A stretch of DNA of 64,000 nt, from the NCBI GenBank assembly GCA_963789265.1, contig CAWBKB010000003.1:512001-576000 (forward strand), in the 5' to 3' direction. Each line of letters begins with the position of its first letter. Position 1 is the first letter of the stretch. Both the position numbers and the translations under genes were made by a program. Below are positions 8,228 through 18,195 of this stretch, piece after piece. Source of the DNA: an uncultured delta proteobacterium. Lineage in GTDB: Bacteria; Desulfobacterota; Desulfomonilia; Desulfomonilales; Desulfomonilaceae. Under the pieces are notes generated by a model. It saw nothing but the letters and a program-made list of their open reading frames with translations. It was not told where the DNA came from and searched no databases.

Positions 8228-10862
8228 CTAAATCTGGTAGAAAAACACCGCGGTCGTCTCCAGAAAGCACCACGCAACTGCGACCGCCAATAGTCCGTGC
8301 GGAAGCATCCCGAAGAGAGAGCCCCAGAATCCTTCTCGATCCGCGTCTGCCGAGCCTGTACATTATCAGAAGGCTCCAGACCAGGCCGATCCAAATAAGT
8401 AGCTCCTGAAGGAAATGGGTTAGCCGCGGGGGTACTGTAATGATGAGCTGTCTGAATATCTCGAACTGAAAGGTCTGACTGACCAACATCGGCAAGTGAA
8501 CCCCAAGGTTTATCAGGTAATAAAGGTGGTAAGCGGAGAAACCGGTAAGAACTAACGGCAAGAGGGCCAAGCCGTATCGCGAGTAATTCTCTGCGAAGGA
8601 ATCATGGTAGATTTTGTGCGAGAGAGCAGTAGCGAGCAGCAGCATCAGGTTAAAACCCAAAATAAGTGCGAGAAAGAATATCGTGAATTTCGCAATTTCC
8701 GGAAGGGGCAAGAATCCGGTAACCTGATGGTAAATCGGCATCTTGCTCAGCATGTCGCTCAGTAACCCGCTCACCATACCGATGATGAGGAACGCCGTGC
8801 GAGTGTTGGTATGGCGCATCTCCCATATTTCTTTGCCGGGAATGCGAAGATTCAAATTAATTGCCCCATGCGGACAGTTCTTCACACATTGACCGCAAAT
8901 CTTGCAATACCTGTTGCTGTGAAGTTTCGGAGCGACTTGCCCGAAAGGACATCCTTCTCCTGTCGGGGTGCCCAGGTAGCACTCGTTTGACACGCACTGG
9001 GAAATGCAGACATTGCGATCCGCCCGAAGCTCCAAAGGTGAAGTCTTTGCAAGAATGCCGATCATCCCCCCGAGGCCGCACAAATAGCGGCACCATGACT
9101 GTCGCTCGAAAATGACTCCTACCACAAGCGCCGAAACCAGCATAGTCAAGAGCAGCAATCCGACATTAAACGGGGAACTCCGAATGTCGGTGGCCGTTTC
9201 AAACCAAATAATAACCAGAACAGCCCCCACGATGACCAGATCGCTGCGGCTCTTCAGGAACTGGGGAAAAGGCCGTTCCAGTGCGATAATCTTTTTGGCC
9301 AGTTTGCTTAGAGTTCCGATGGGGCAAAGTGAACACCAGAAGCGCGCCCACACAAACGCCCCGAGTATCAGAGTCGGCCACCCCACAGCCCAACTGAACA
9401 GCGCCGCGGGATTCTTCATAGGATCGGCCGGACCCAGGAAGAGCAGCACAAGTAGGATGAAGAAAAAGGGCGTTACCGCGCTCTGAAAAATCGCAGGGAA
9501 AAGTGGACTCCTCACCGCTTGCCGTACTGCTTGCAATCTGAGAAGGTTGAATCGTCCTTCGCCCTCGACTCTTTTGAGGTCGAAATAGATATCTTGCGGC
9601 TTGAGGACGCCCCCTTCGGATACAAGGACGGCCCTTTTGAGGGTCGTAGAAAGTTCCACATCGTTGCCGGGCCATGAGTAATTAACCAGGGCTTTGAGAG
9701 TTTCTTTTGGCAGCCTGGCGATCTCCTTTCGGAGTTCCTGGCAATATTGATTCAGGTAATGTCGAACCAGGCCCGGTATTTCTCGCCGACGGCTCCTCAA
9801 AGGCGGAATCACCATCGAGCGATACTTCAGGCCGTGTAATAGCGGATGTCTGCCCTGCGAAATTTCCGCAACCGGCAAGGTAGTGGTTGCAATCAGTCTT
9901 ATCTGCGCCTGCTGCACGGTCGAACCGTTGCATCTTCGAAAGTTGCCTCCTGTTACTGCCTCCAAAAGTTCTTGTTGCACTTCTGCAGTCAGATGCTCCA
10001 CCCCCCGAACAAGCAGCGTGCCGTCTTCAGTGAGTTCTATATATCCTGGAGTAGTTTTCCAGCCATCACTCTCGGTCTTCTCTTCCGAGCCAAAGAAAAG
10101 ACGAATCTGCTCTTGGGTGAGATTGGCATCGCCTTCGTTTCCGTTAGGATTTCCCCCACCAAAAGTTTGGTCCTGGCGAGCCCTCATCAGGTCGAGCAGC
10201 AGGAAAACGCTCTTGTATTGGGGACTTATCCTGAATAGAGCATGAGCTAGAACTTCCTTCCCCACGCCGGTCTCCCCAATTATAAGAACGGGACCATCTG
10301 AATTAGCAAACACTTCAAGCTTCGCGGAAAGGTGACGGCGAACGTAATCCCCGATCACATAATCCGGGAATATATGCTCTTCCCGGCTTATCAAAGACTG
10401 TAAGGCCCGCCTCTTCGCCTTATTTGCAAGGACACTGCGGTCCAGACGCATTATTTTGCGGGCCAAATTCCTTATCAAGGCCACTGTGACGTCGGGATGG
10501 TTGTGGACGATTTCTTCGAAATCGCGAGCAGGAACCTCCAATACACTGCAAGGCTCGTTGGCCACTATCTCCGTATTCGCGGGCGACGGATGTCCGGTGA
10601 GGAAGCTGATTTCTCCGAACATGTCGCCGGGTCGGAGAACCTCGACAGCCATCTCCTGGTCGTCACCATCTCGGAGCATTACGCCGGCCTCGCCGGCCAT
10701 TAGCACGCGAATCCGGTCTCCGCTGTCTCCCGGGGCCATTGAAACGTCTCCGGGACTGTATTCCAGCAGCAGACCCTTTTCCTTGACCATGAGTCGAACG
10801 TCTTCCGGGAGGCGCTCCAGTGCTTCCAGATCCATCTCACACGGGTAGGGGATTTTCAGCAT
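8228..10862 (-). CDS. cNMP-binding domain + degenerate sigma54-type AAA+ domain + membrane 4Fe-4S (NosR/RdxA-like) fusion; probable +1 frameshift near 8345
   Basis: GDMFGEIS cNMP motif; GETGVGKE; IPPLRSR; WPGNDVEL; WCSLCP, WCRYLCG and CKICGQCVKNCP; many TM helices. The alternative frame gives a hydrophobic C-terminus (FGMLPHGLLAVAVAWCF...) ending at 8228. Confidence 0.8.
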
Positions 10863-11073
10863 GTTAAAAGGGTGCAGAAAGGTGCTTGTCTATAAGAATA
10901 AGAAATCAGAACAGTTCCAACCTAACTATTGCTGATTATAGCGAGATCGCAGCTCTTTCACAAGATGAGCCGGCAAAGAATTTCCCTCTTTTCACTTTGT
11001 GACGCTCATTCGCGTTAAGTTAAGCCAATTTCGTTCCTTTTCGGGAGGTCCATGCAGGCCGAGGGCGATCAAA

Positions 11074-11160
11074 GTCCCCCTTTTCTAAAGGGGGATTTAG
11101 GGGTATTTTAAAGTAGTTATCCTAAAATCCCCCCTGCCCCCCCCTTACGAAAGGGCGGGA
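11074..11160. repeat. REP-like palindromic pair
   Basis: TCCCCCTTTTCTAAAGGGGGATTTAGGG ... AAATCCCCCTGCCCCCCCTTACGAAAGGG inverted arms in intergenic space. Confidence 0.65.
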
Positions 11161-11233
11161 ACCCCACGTTCCGCGGGGTGGCCGGTCCTACAGTCCCACG
11201 TTCGCGGCCATGACGACGGACGAGACCCACGTC

Positions 11234-13277
11234 CTACGCATCAGTGGTAGGCCCCTTATCCCGCGAGATGCGATGGGGGAGTACTAGGTCAATAAGTTCT
11301 CCAACGTCCTCGGCCAAAACCACCTCCAGGCCGTCCGTCACGTCGTTCGGCAAGCTGTTGACATCAACTTCGTTCCGCTTGGGAAACACGACTGCCTTCA
11401 AGTTTGCCCTTTGCGCCGCCAAAACCTTTTCACGAATACCGCTGACGCCCAGGATCTTGCCATTGAGGGTGATTTCTCCGCTCATACCCACGCAGCGTCT
11501 CGCGGGTCGGGACGTGAGGAGAGAAATAAGTGCCACGGCAATTGTAACTCCCGCGGATGGCCCGTCTTTGGGGACCGCGCCGGCCGGGATGTGGATGTGA
11601 ATGTCATTTCCGAAAAAGAAACTCAGGATCTATACCGTAGAGATCGGCATGGCTCCGAACATAACTCAATGCCGTCTGGGCGGACTCTTTGAGGATTGCG
11701 CCGAGCGAACCAGTCAGAATTAGCTGCCGGCTACCTCTCATCCGGGTAGCCTCCACAAAGATGATCTCCCCACCGAATTCGGTCCAAACAAGGCCGGTGG
11801 AGACGCCCACCTGGTCCTCTGCTTCAAGTGCCTCATGTGAAAATTTCCGCGGGCCCAAAAATTCCCCTACGAGGTTCTCATCCACCACGGTGGGGAGGGG
11901 ACTTTCATTCTGCTTCAAGCAGATGCGGGCCAGTTTCCGGGCGATATTGGCTATTTCACGCTCGAGATTCCGTAGCCCCGCCTCTCGGGTATGGTCCTGA
12001 ATGATTTTCACGATGGCCGAATCAGTAAAGTGTACACCCTTACCGACCAGGCCGTTGTCCCTCAACTGGCGAGGGATCAAATAATCTTTAGCAATTTCTC
12101 TCTTTTCTTTTTCAGTATAGCCGGGAAAGTTAATCACTTCGAGCCGATCCAGGAGAGGCGTGGGGAGGTTTTCAACTACGTTGGCAGTGGCGATAAACAT
12201 AACGGACGATAGATCGAAAGGCACATCCAGATAATGATCTACAAATTGATGGTTCTGTTCGGGATCCAAAATTTCGAGCAGGACGCACGCAGGGTCTCCT
12301 CTGAAATCCTGTCCGATTTTGTCGATCTCGTCCAGCATAAACACGGGATTTTTGAGGGCCAAACGCCTGACTTCGCTCATGATGCGGCCGGGCATGGCCC
12401 CGACGTACGTTCTTCGATGGCCTCTTAACTCGGCCTCATCGCGCAGCCCCGCCAGCGAAAATCGTACGAATTTCCGTTCCATCGCGTCGGCAATGGCCTG
12501 ACCGATAGAGGTTTTTCCCGTTCCGGGGGGGCCTGAGAAGCAGAGGATGGGCCCACGCGTTATTTGTGCGTGCCGTTTCTTCTCAAGTATCCGATTAACG
12601 GTGGAGCGCAAGTCATCCAGCTTGAAAGGTTTTGCCAGGTAGTACGCAGCCCCCTTTGTCAACGCGTCCACCGCGGAATCCACAGTGGCATACCCTGTGA
12701 TCATGATTATGTCGGTGAAGGGCGTCGTTCGTTTTATGGTCTCCAAGAGTTGAAGACCATTCATTTTCTCCATTTTGAGGTCGGTGACAACGAGATCGAA
12801 CGGTTGACATTCCACCTTTTCCAAAGCTTCGATGCCGTTGCACACGGTTTCTATCTCATGACCTTGCTTAACCAGAACATGCTCGATGTTTTCACGGGCG
12901 ATCGCTTCATCATCCACCACGAGAATCCGAGATGTCTTTTTATTGCGGAGCGTTCTGACAGCAAGGTACTCGAGTATCCGCTCTTTTACGAGTGCCAAGC
13001 CGTAGTGTCGGCTTTGTAGAACGCGCTCGGCCCTTTCGATGTCTAAATTGTCCTCCGTATAACGGTTCCAAGGAAGAGATACGAGGTAATCGAGGTAAGT
13101 TGTGCCGATAGAGTATTCCGCTGCAGACGGGTCGGTCTTCTCAAGCCTCTCCAGTTCCTTCCTGGCCACTTCGGCTACATTTTCCGGCAAATGTGCTTTT
13201 TCGATCTCGCTTTTGAGGTCGAGAATGTCTTGAGCCACGTGGGGTTGTTGCTCTTCGGTTTTTCTGAAAAAGGCCAT
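11234..13277 (-). CDS. lon: Lon protease lacking the N-domain, with a receiver (REC) domain inserted in the AAA+ module; +1 frameshift near 11620
   Basis: HYGL..VKERILEYLAV, REC (ILVVDDE, VTDLKM, MITGY, AKPF), GPPGTGKT, LDEIDK; after the shift DIHIHIPAGAVPKDGPSAG and GIREK (Ser-Lys dyad). Confidence 0.9.
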
Positions 13278-13406
13278 TACGAACCTCTCACTGCACCCCA
13301 GCCTTAATGACCGAATTATAGAGGGAAAACGGGAACGCCACAACAGGATTGATTTCGAGTTCGCGGCCCAGCATGAATTTTGATTCCCACCCTGCCGAAG
13401 ACCGGC

Positions 13407-13510
13407 CGTTGCATTATGTAACGGCTCGCAAAACCCGCGTAATGGGAGTCAATCTCCCGAAATTACGGCTATCGCGCCAGCCTTCTGCAAAAGTGTTACT
13501 TAACGCAACA
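13407..13510. promoter_or_regulatory. Pair of 17-bp palindromic enhancer-like sites
   Basis: CGTTGCATTATGTAACG (13407-13423) and TGTTACTTAACGCAACA (13494-13510); the same motif recurs at 21179, 21266 and 21500. Confidence 0.7.
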
Positions 13511-13586
13511 TTCGGGGGTTCTTTTGAGGCCTGCACGTTTCAAGTCATTTTTTTCAAAAGCCGGTCACGAAGGCGTGTTATCGATT

Positions 13587-13602
13587 TGGCACGGTATTTG
13601 AT
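13587..13602 (+). promoter_or_regulatory. Sigma54-like promoter
   Basis: TGGCAC-GGTAT-TTGAT (one mismatch at -12) upstream of ORF 13646. Confidence 0.6.
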
Positions 13603-13645
13603 GGTCCACAGACAGACGGTAATCCGAACTGTCCCGGAGGTCAAC

Positions 13646-13825
13646 ATGGGATTCTGGAGAGAAAAATTTGAAGCCATGGCAATGGCCGTCGCGTTCGCGG
13701 AAGCAGGGGAATGGGATACAGCCCGATCTCTCGTGAAAGATACGGGAGCACCGCGAGTGGGAAGGACTGCGAAAACCCGGAAGCGGACGGAAAACAGGCC
13801 TAAAAAGAGATTATTCAGACTGTAA
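13646..13825 (+). CDS. Small protein with AVAFAEAGE motif
   Basis: GGAGG RBS; MGFWREKFEAMAMAVAFAEAGEWDTAR followed by a basic tail. Confidence 0.75.
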   Translation: MGFWREKFEAMAMAVAFAEAGEWDTARSLVKDTGAPRVGRTAKTRKRTENRPKKRLFRL

Positions 13826-13918
13826 CGTGCAAGACAGACACCGGTGACGTCGGCTTTTGCGGCACACCATGATTTGTTCGAGCCGGTTGAGTGATAGATT
13901 TGAAGTTGGAGGAACATT

Positions 13919-14239
13919 ATGGCGGCAACATATCGCCCTACAAAGAAAAAGCTGGCGCTAAAGACAATTGTCTTTGGCGTCATTACTGCAACACTTTATG
14001 CCGTGGCATTTACGCATTCCGACGCGATGCTGCAACTTTTCACGAAGGGTGGATATTATGCGGCCCTTCCGATTGCCACGGTTTTTGTCTTCTCCTTCAT
14101 TCACGGAACGTTTGCAAGCAATCTCTGGTCAATGCTGGGAATCGAGGCCATAACGAAACAGCCTGCAAAACGTCCGGAAGTCAGACCCGTACCGCGTCCG
14201 GCCCAAAGGCCGCGACCTCGTTTGCGCGCAAATTTGTAG
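13919..14239 (+). CDS. Small 2-TM membrane protein associated with TauE/SafE operons
   Basis: GGAGG RBS; LPIATVFVFSFIHGTFASNLWSMLGI motif; basic C-terminal tail. Confidence 0.8.
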   Translation: MAATYRPTKKKLALKTIVFGVITATLYAVAFTHSDAMLQLFTKGGYYAALPIATVFVFSFIHGTFASNLWSMLGIEAITKQPAKRPEVRPVPRPAQRPRPRLRANL

Positions 14240-14267
14240 TTGCTATCTAATCAGGAGGACATGCCAA

Positions 14268-15353
14268 ATGCACGACTTGGCCTTGGAAGGCATAAAATTC
14301 ATAGATCTCACTTGGATGAACGTAGCTTTTTTGTTCACGGTGGGATTCATCGGTGGCCTGGTAAGCGGTTTTATAGGATCCGGAGGAGCATTTGTCCTTA
14401 CTCCGGGCATGATGAGCCTGGGGGTCCCGGCCGCGGTCGCGGTGGCCAGCAATATGTGTCACAAGTTCCCTAAAGCCATGGTCGGAGCGTACAGAAGGTT
14501 CAAATATGGCCAGGTGGACTTGAAGCTCGGGATTGTAATGGCTGCTTCAGCGACAGTGGGAGTGCAGGCGGGAATAAAAATTCAAGAGATGATTCTGGCG
14601 AAATGGGGAGAGGCCGGCTCAGACCTCTACGTCAGCCTTTCGTTTGTCACCGTGCTTATCGTCGTCGGAGGTTACGTCTTCTATGATGCGTGGAAAACAC
14701 AAAGATCCGGCGGGGCCGATAAAGTCTCCTCCTTGGCGCTATGGCTCCAGAGGATCAATCTTCCTCCTATGATTCATTTTAAGACAGCAAACCTAAGAAT
14801 TTCGTTGTGGTTCACCGTTCCGGTGGGATTTGCCACAGGCATGTTGGCTGCGACGATAGCCGTGGGCGGCTTTGTGGGCGTTCCTGGAATGATTTACGTC
14901 ATCGGCGCTACCGGATTGATCTCTTCTGCAACCGAGCTTGTAATCGCTTTTCTTATGGGACTTGGCGGTTCGATAAAATGGGCCATTCACGGAATGGTGG
15001 ACATCAGGCTCACGCTTATCATCCTTGCCGGTTCTCTGCTGGGCGTTCAACTTGGGGCCATTGGCACGACTTACGTGAAAGAGCACATGATCAAAGTGGT
15101 TATGGGCACGATTATGCTGGTGGTTGCCGTAAGTCGAGCTCTCGCGGTGCCGCAGTATTTGGAGCAACTCGGCCTGATATCAATGTCAAAGTCAACGATA
15201 AGTATTCTCGATGTGGCCAGTTTCGTTTCAATGTGTATGGCGCTGGGTGTGGGAGCAATCATCATCCTTGGCAGCATGTGGAAGAGCAAGCGGGCCGCAG
15301 CCGAGCAGCTCTATTCAGCTCCGATAGTCTCAGAAGGCTATGAGCATGTTTGA
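14268..15353 (+). CDS. Sulfite exporter TauE/SafE (TSUP) family protein
   Basis: GFIGGLVSGFIGSGGAFVLTP and GMLAATIAVGGFVGVP repeats; multiple TM helices; AGGAGG RBS. Confidence 0.9.
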   Translation: MHDLALEGIKFIDLTWMNVAFLFTVGFIGGLVSGFIGSGGAFVLTPGMMSLGVPAAVAVASNMCHKFPKAMVGAYRRFKYGQVDLKLGIVMAASATVGVQAGIKIQEMILAKWGEAGSDLYVSLSFVTVLIVVGGYVFYDAWKTQRSGGADKVSSLALWLQRINLPPMIHFKTANLRISLWFTVPVGFATGMLAATIAVGGFVGVPGMIYVIGATGLISSATELVIAFLMGLGGSIKWAIHGMVDIRLTLIILAGSLLGVQLGAIGTTYVKEHMIKVVMGTIMLVVAVSRALAVPQYLEQLGLISMSKSTISILDVASFVSMCMALGVGAIIILGSMWKSKRAAAEQLYSAPIVSEGYEHV

Positions 15354-15384
15354 TCCGGTCGAGGTCCGGTAAATGGGTAGGCTC

Positions 15385-15420
15385 GGGGTTGCAAGTCAAT
15401 TGCAGCCCCTCTTGTTTTTG
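15385..15420 (+). terminator. Rho-independent terminator
   Basis: GGGGTTGCAA-GTCAA-TTGCAGCCCC hairpin followed by TCTTGTTTTT after the TauE gene. Confidence 0.65.
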
Positions 15421-15715
15421 CATTCACAAACGCCGTCGACTTTCCTGAAATTCCGTGAATATTTATGGTAACCGTTTACCGCCGAGAACGCAGGGACCGC
15501 GGAGAATTGTGTTTTTGTAGGCGTTCATGCAAATGATGCGGCAATTCCGATCTGTAACAGTGAGCGAATTTCCGACCGGACTGCACGCACGGCCGACTCA
15601 ACTAACATGGCAACGAGCAATCTATCTTTCTTACCTGGGTTTGTCCGCGCATTCCGCGTTTTGCGGGACGGTGATCCCGCGTTCCTTCGCGGGATTGATT
15701 GCTTGGAGAACGGTC

Positions 15716-15910
15716 GTAATCATTCACTTACGTGCGGCAAAGGATTGTCATTGAGAGCGGAGCGAAGCAATCTTTTCCTATGAGTCCGTAGATTGCCAGT
15801 GGGACGGGCATCTTGCCCGTCATTTCCAATAGACAGGCTGGAAGCCTGTCCCACCATTCACTCCTCGCAATGACGGTACCCGAAGATTCCCCGCATAAGT
15901 GAAGGAATAC
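15716..15910. mobile_element. Composite nested repeat/MITE (family C)
   Basis: Ends GTAATCATTCACTTACGTGCGG / CCCCGCATAAGTGAAGGAATAC enclose a GTCATTG...CTCGCAATGAC palindrome, which encloses a GTGGGACGGGC...GCCTGTCCCACC REP doublet. An inverted copy lies at 56604-56857. Confidence 0.75.
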
Positions 15911-15929
15911 AAACGATCGTCGTTTTCAT

Positions 15930-15979
15930 TTGACAGGCTGTTCTGAACTTTGCTATTTTCAGGAATGAGCGTTCATTCC
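15930..15979 (+). promoter_or_regulatory. Sigma70 promoter with a TetR operator just downstream
   Basis: TTGACA-18bp-TATTTT followed by the near-palindrome GGAATGAGCGTTCATTCC. Confidence 0.7.
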
Positions 15980-15998
15980 GAATTGCGGCGAGGGAATT

Positions 15999-16559
15999 TT
16001 GACCGATAAGCGAGAAGCCATTTTACAAGCGGCGATGGAGCTCTTTTCAGAAAGGGGGTTCCACGGGACGCCGGTGCCTATGATCGTGGAAAAGGCCAAC
16101 GTGAGCACCGGGACCATGTACCGGTACTTCAGGGACAAGGAGGAGTTGGTCAACGTGTTATACCGGCACTGGAAGCTGGAGATGGTAAAAGCCACCATTG
16201 AGGGATTGCCTGAAGATTTACCTTTGCGCCAGCTCTTTCACGAGATATGGCATCGGTGGAAGAATTTCGCTCTGGATCATCAAGCCGCCTATTCATTTTT
16301 GGAAGCCCACCACCACGCTCCTTACTTGGATGAAGAAAGCTGTGCCCTCACAAACAAGCTGCACAGAAGATACATCGAATTCTTCGAGAGAGGACGCCGG
16401 GAACAAATCGTTAAAGATGTGGCGCCGGAAATGTTGGTGGCCGTGGTGGCAGGAATCATGATCGAAATCATGAAGGAACATTGGGCCGGCTGGTTCGAGT
16501 TGACCCCCGATACAGTCGCTCAGGCGGAGGAAATTTGCTGGGAAGCGGTACGGAGGTGA
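15999..16559 (+). CDS. TetR/AcrR family transcriptional regulator
   Basis: KREAILQAAMELFSERGFHGT...ANVSTGTMYRYFRDKEEL HTH. Confidence 0.95.
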   Translation: MTDKREAILQAAMELFSERGFHGTPVPMIVEKANVSTGTMYRYFRDKEELVNVLYRHWKLEMVKATIEGLPEDLPLRQLFHEIWHRWKNFALDHQAAYSFLEAHHHAPYLDEESCALTNKLHRRYIEFFERGRREQIVKDVAPEMLVAVVAGIMIEIMKEHWAGWFELTPDTVAQAEEICWEAVRR

Positions 16560-16588
16560 TGCGGGGAGAATTTTCTTTGCTACCGTTG

Positions 16589-16606
16589 GGAATGAACGCT
16601 CATTCC
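16589..16606. promoter_or_regulatory. Second TetR operator
   Basis: GGAATGAACGCTCATTCC is the exact reverse complement of 15962-15979. Confidence 0.75.
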
Positions 16607-16759
16607 AGTTGCCCTTTTCGCATGGAGATCCCGTAAACAATCTTTTTGGCTTGCAGCGTGCTTTCATAGTCCAGTCATTTATGACAAGAACCCACGTAAT
16701 TCGGTAGCAGAACCAAAAAGCAACAACCGGTCCGAAATAACCAATTCAAGGAGGCGCTT

Positions 16760-17929
16760 ATGGATAGCCAAGTTTATGCCGTTAAATGCGCTGATTACTC
16801 TCAAGCCGCAGAAAAGACGGCTGAGCTTTTGAGCATGGTAGGCGGCATTGGGGCCTTTGTCTCAACAGGCGAGAAGATCGCTCTCAAGGTAAATCTTTTG
16901 TTGGCCGCCCGACCTGAACAAGCGGTGACTACTCATCCCGCGATCGTTTCAGCAGTTGCGGTTGCGGCCAAAAGCCAAGGAGCGGCCCCGTTCATAGTGG
17001 ACAGCCCGGGCAGCGGCTACCGCTACGAAGAGAAGGTCCTGATGAAGACCTACAGGACTACCGGCATGGAAGATGCGGCCCGGGAGGCCGGCATTGAACT
17101 GAATCTCGACTGTTCCCACCGAGAGGTCCCTTTTCCCAACGGGAAGCTGATTAAGCGATTTGAAGTCATCAGCCCGGTAGTGGATGCGGACGGTGTGATC
17201 AATTTGTGCAAACTTAAGACCCATTTGTTCACTTACATGACCGGGGCAGTCAAAAACCATTTCGGGGTCATTCCCGGTCTGGCCAAACCGGGATATCACG
17301 CGAAACTCCGCGATACCGGCCGTTTCGCGGCTATGCTACTCGACCTAACCGACCTGGTGTCGGCGCGGCTATTCATTATGGATGCAGTGACGGCCATGGA
17401 AGGGGACGGCCCCCATGCCGGCGATCCCCGTCAGGTGGGATTGATCCTGGCTTCTACAAATGCGGTGGCCCTGGATACAGTGGGCGGGGAAATCATCGGG
17501 CTGGCCAGGGAGGACAATCCGGTCTTAATGGAAGCGGAACGAAGAGGGCTTGGTCCTAACAGGTTAGAAGATGTTGAATTAGTCGGGCTGGACAAAGAGC
17601 AGCTCCGAATCCCGAACTTCAAGACACCGGCAAGCTATTACGGTGGAATGGGTATGGGCAGGATACCCCTGCACCTTCGGTTGTTATCTCCATTGTTCAA
17701 CGGGATGTCGGTGAAGCCTCAGGTTCAGAAGAAGAAATGCATCGGCTGCGGTGTGTGCGCCGAAGCCTGTCCCATGCAGGCCATCGCCGTGATTGAAAAT
17801 AAAAATGCTCAAATCGACGACAATGCGTGCATCCGATGCTACTGCTGCCACGAAATGTGTCCTGAAAAGGCTATCGAACTCAAACAAAGCATGCTGTACC
17901 GGATGATAAAACCAGCCGGAACGGTGTGA
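16760..17929 (+). CDS. DUF362 domain protein with C-terminal 2x[4Fe-4S] ferredoxin domain
   Basis: LKVNLL, TTHP, KLKTH..TGAVKN.FG, AMEGDGP; CIGCGVCAEACP and CIRCYCCHEMCP. Confidence 0.9.
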   Translation: MDSQVYAVKCADYSQAAEKTAELLSMVGGIGAFVSTGEKIALKVNLLLAARPEQAVTTHPAIVSAVAVAAKSQGAAPFIVDSPGSGYRYEEKVLMKTYRTTGMEDAAREAGIELNLDCSHREVPFPNGKLIKRFEVISPVVDADGVINLCKLKTHLFTYMTGAVKNHFGVIPGLAKPGYHAKLRDTGRFAAMLLDLTDLVSARLFIMDAVTAMEGDGPHAGDPRQVGLILASTNAVALDTVGGEIIGLAREDNPVLMEAERRGLGPNRLEDVELVGLDKEQLRIPNFKTPASYYGGMGMGRIPLHLRLLSPLFNGMSVKPQVQKKKCIGCGVCAEACPMQAIAVIENKNAQIDDNACIRCYCCHEMCPEKAIELKQSMLYRMIKPAGTV

Positions 17930-17995
17930 TCCGTTCCGCTAACAAATTGCGACTGAGATTAATTGTGAGGTGACTATTCACCGAGCAATCAAAAT

Positions 17996-18178
17996 TTACC
18001 GCAGAGTGCGCCGAGAACGCGGAGGAAGAAATAGCTGGTTCAGCGTCATGTGAGTTACCGCGCGAATAGCTCGGTCGAAATTGCCTTGACTGTCGCTGGC
18101 CGGATTTGCCGTGCCCCATCGGACAGGCGTGCACCGAAAACAGAATTCTCCGCGGTCTCTGCGTTCTCCGCGGTGAAC
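17996..18178. repeat. ACCGCAGAG-type REP-like inverted pair; other members near 15476, 52816-53015 and 61591-61775
   Basis: TTACCGCAGAGTGCGCCGAGAACGCGGAG ... CTCCGCGGTCTCTGCGTTCTCCGCGGTGAA; similar units recur in several intergenic regions. Confidence 0.7.
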
Positions 18179-18195
18179 CGCTGTATTGTGAGATT

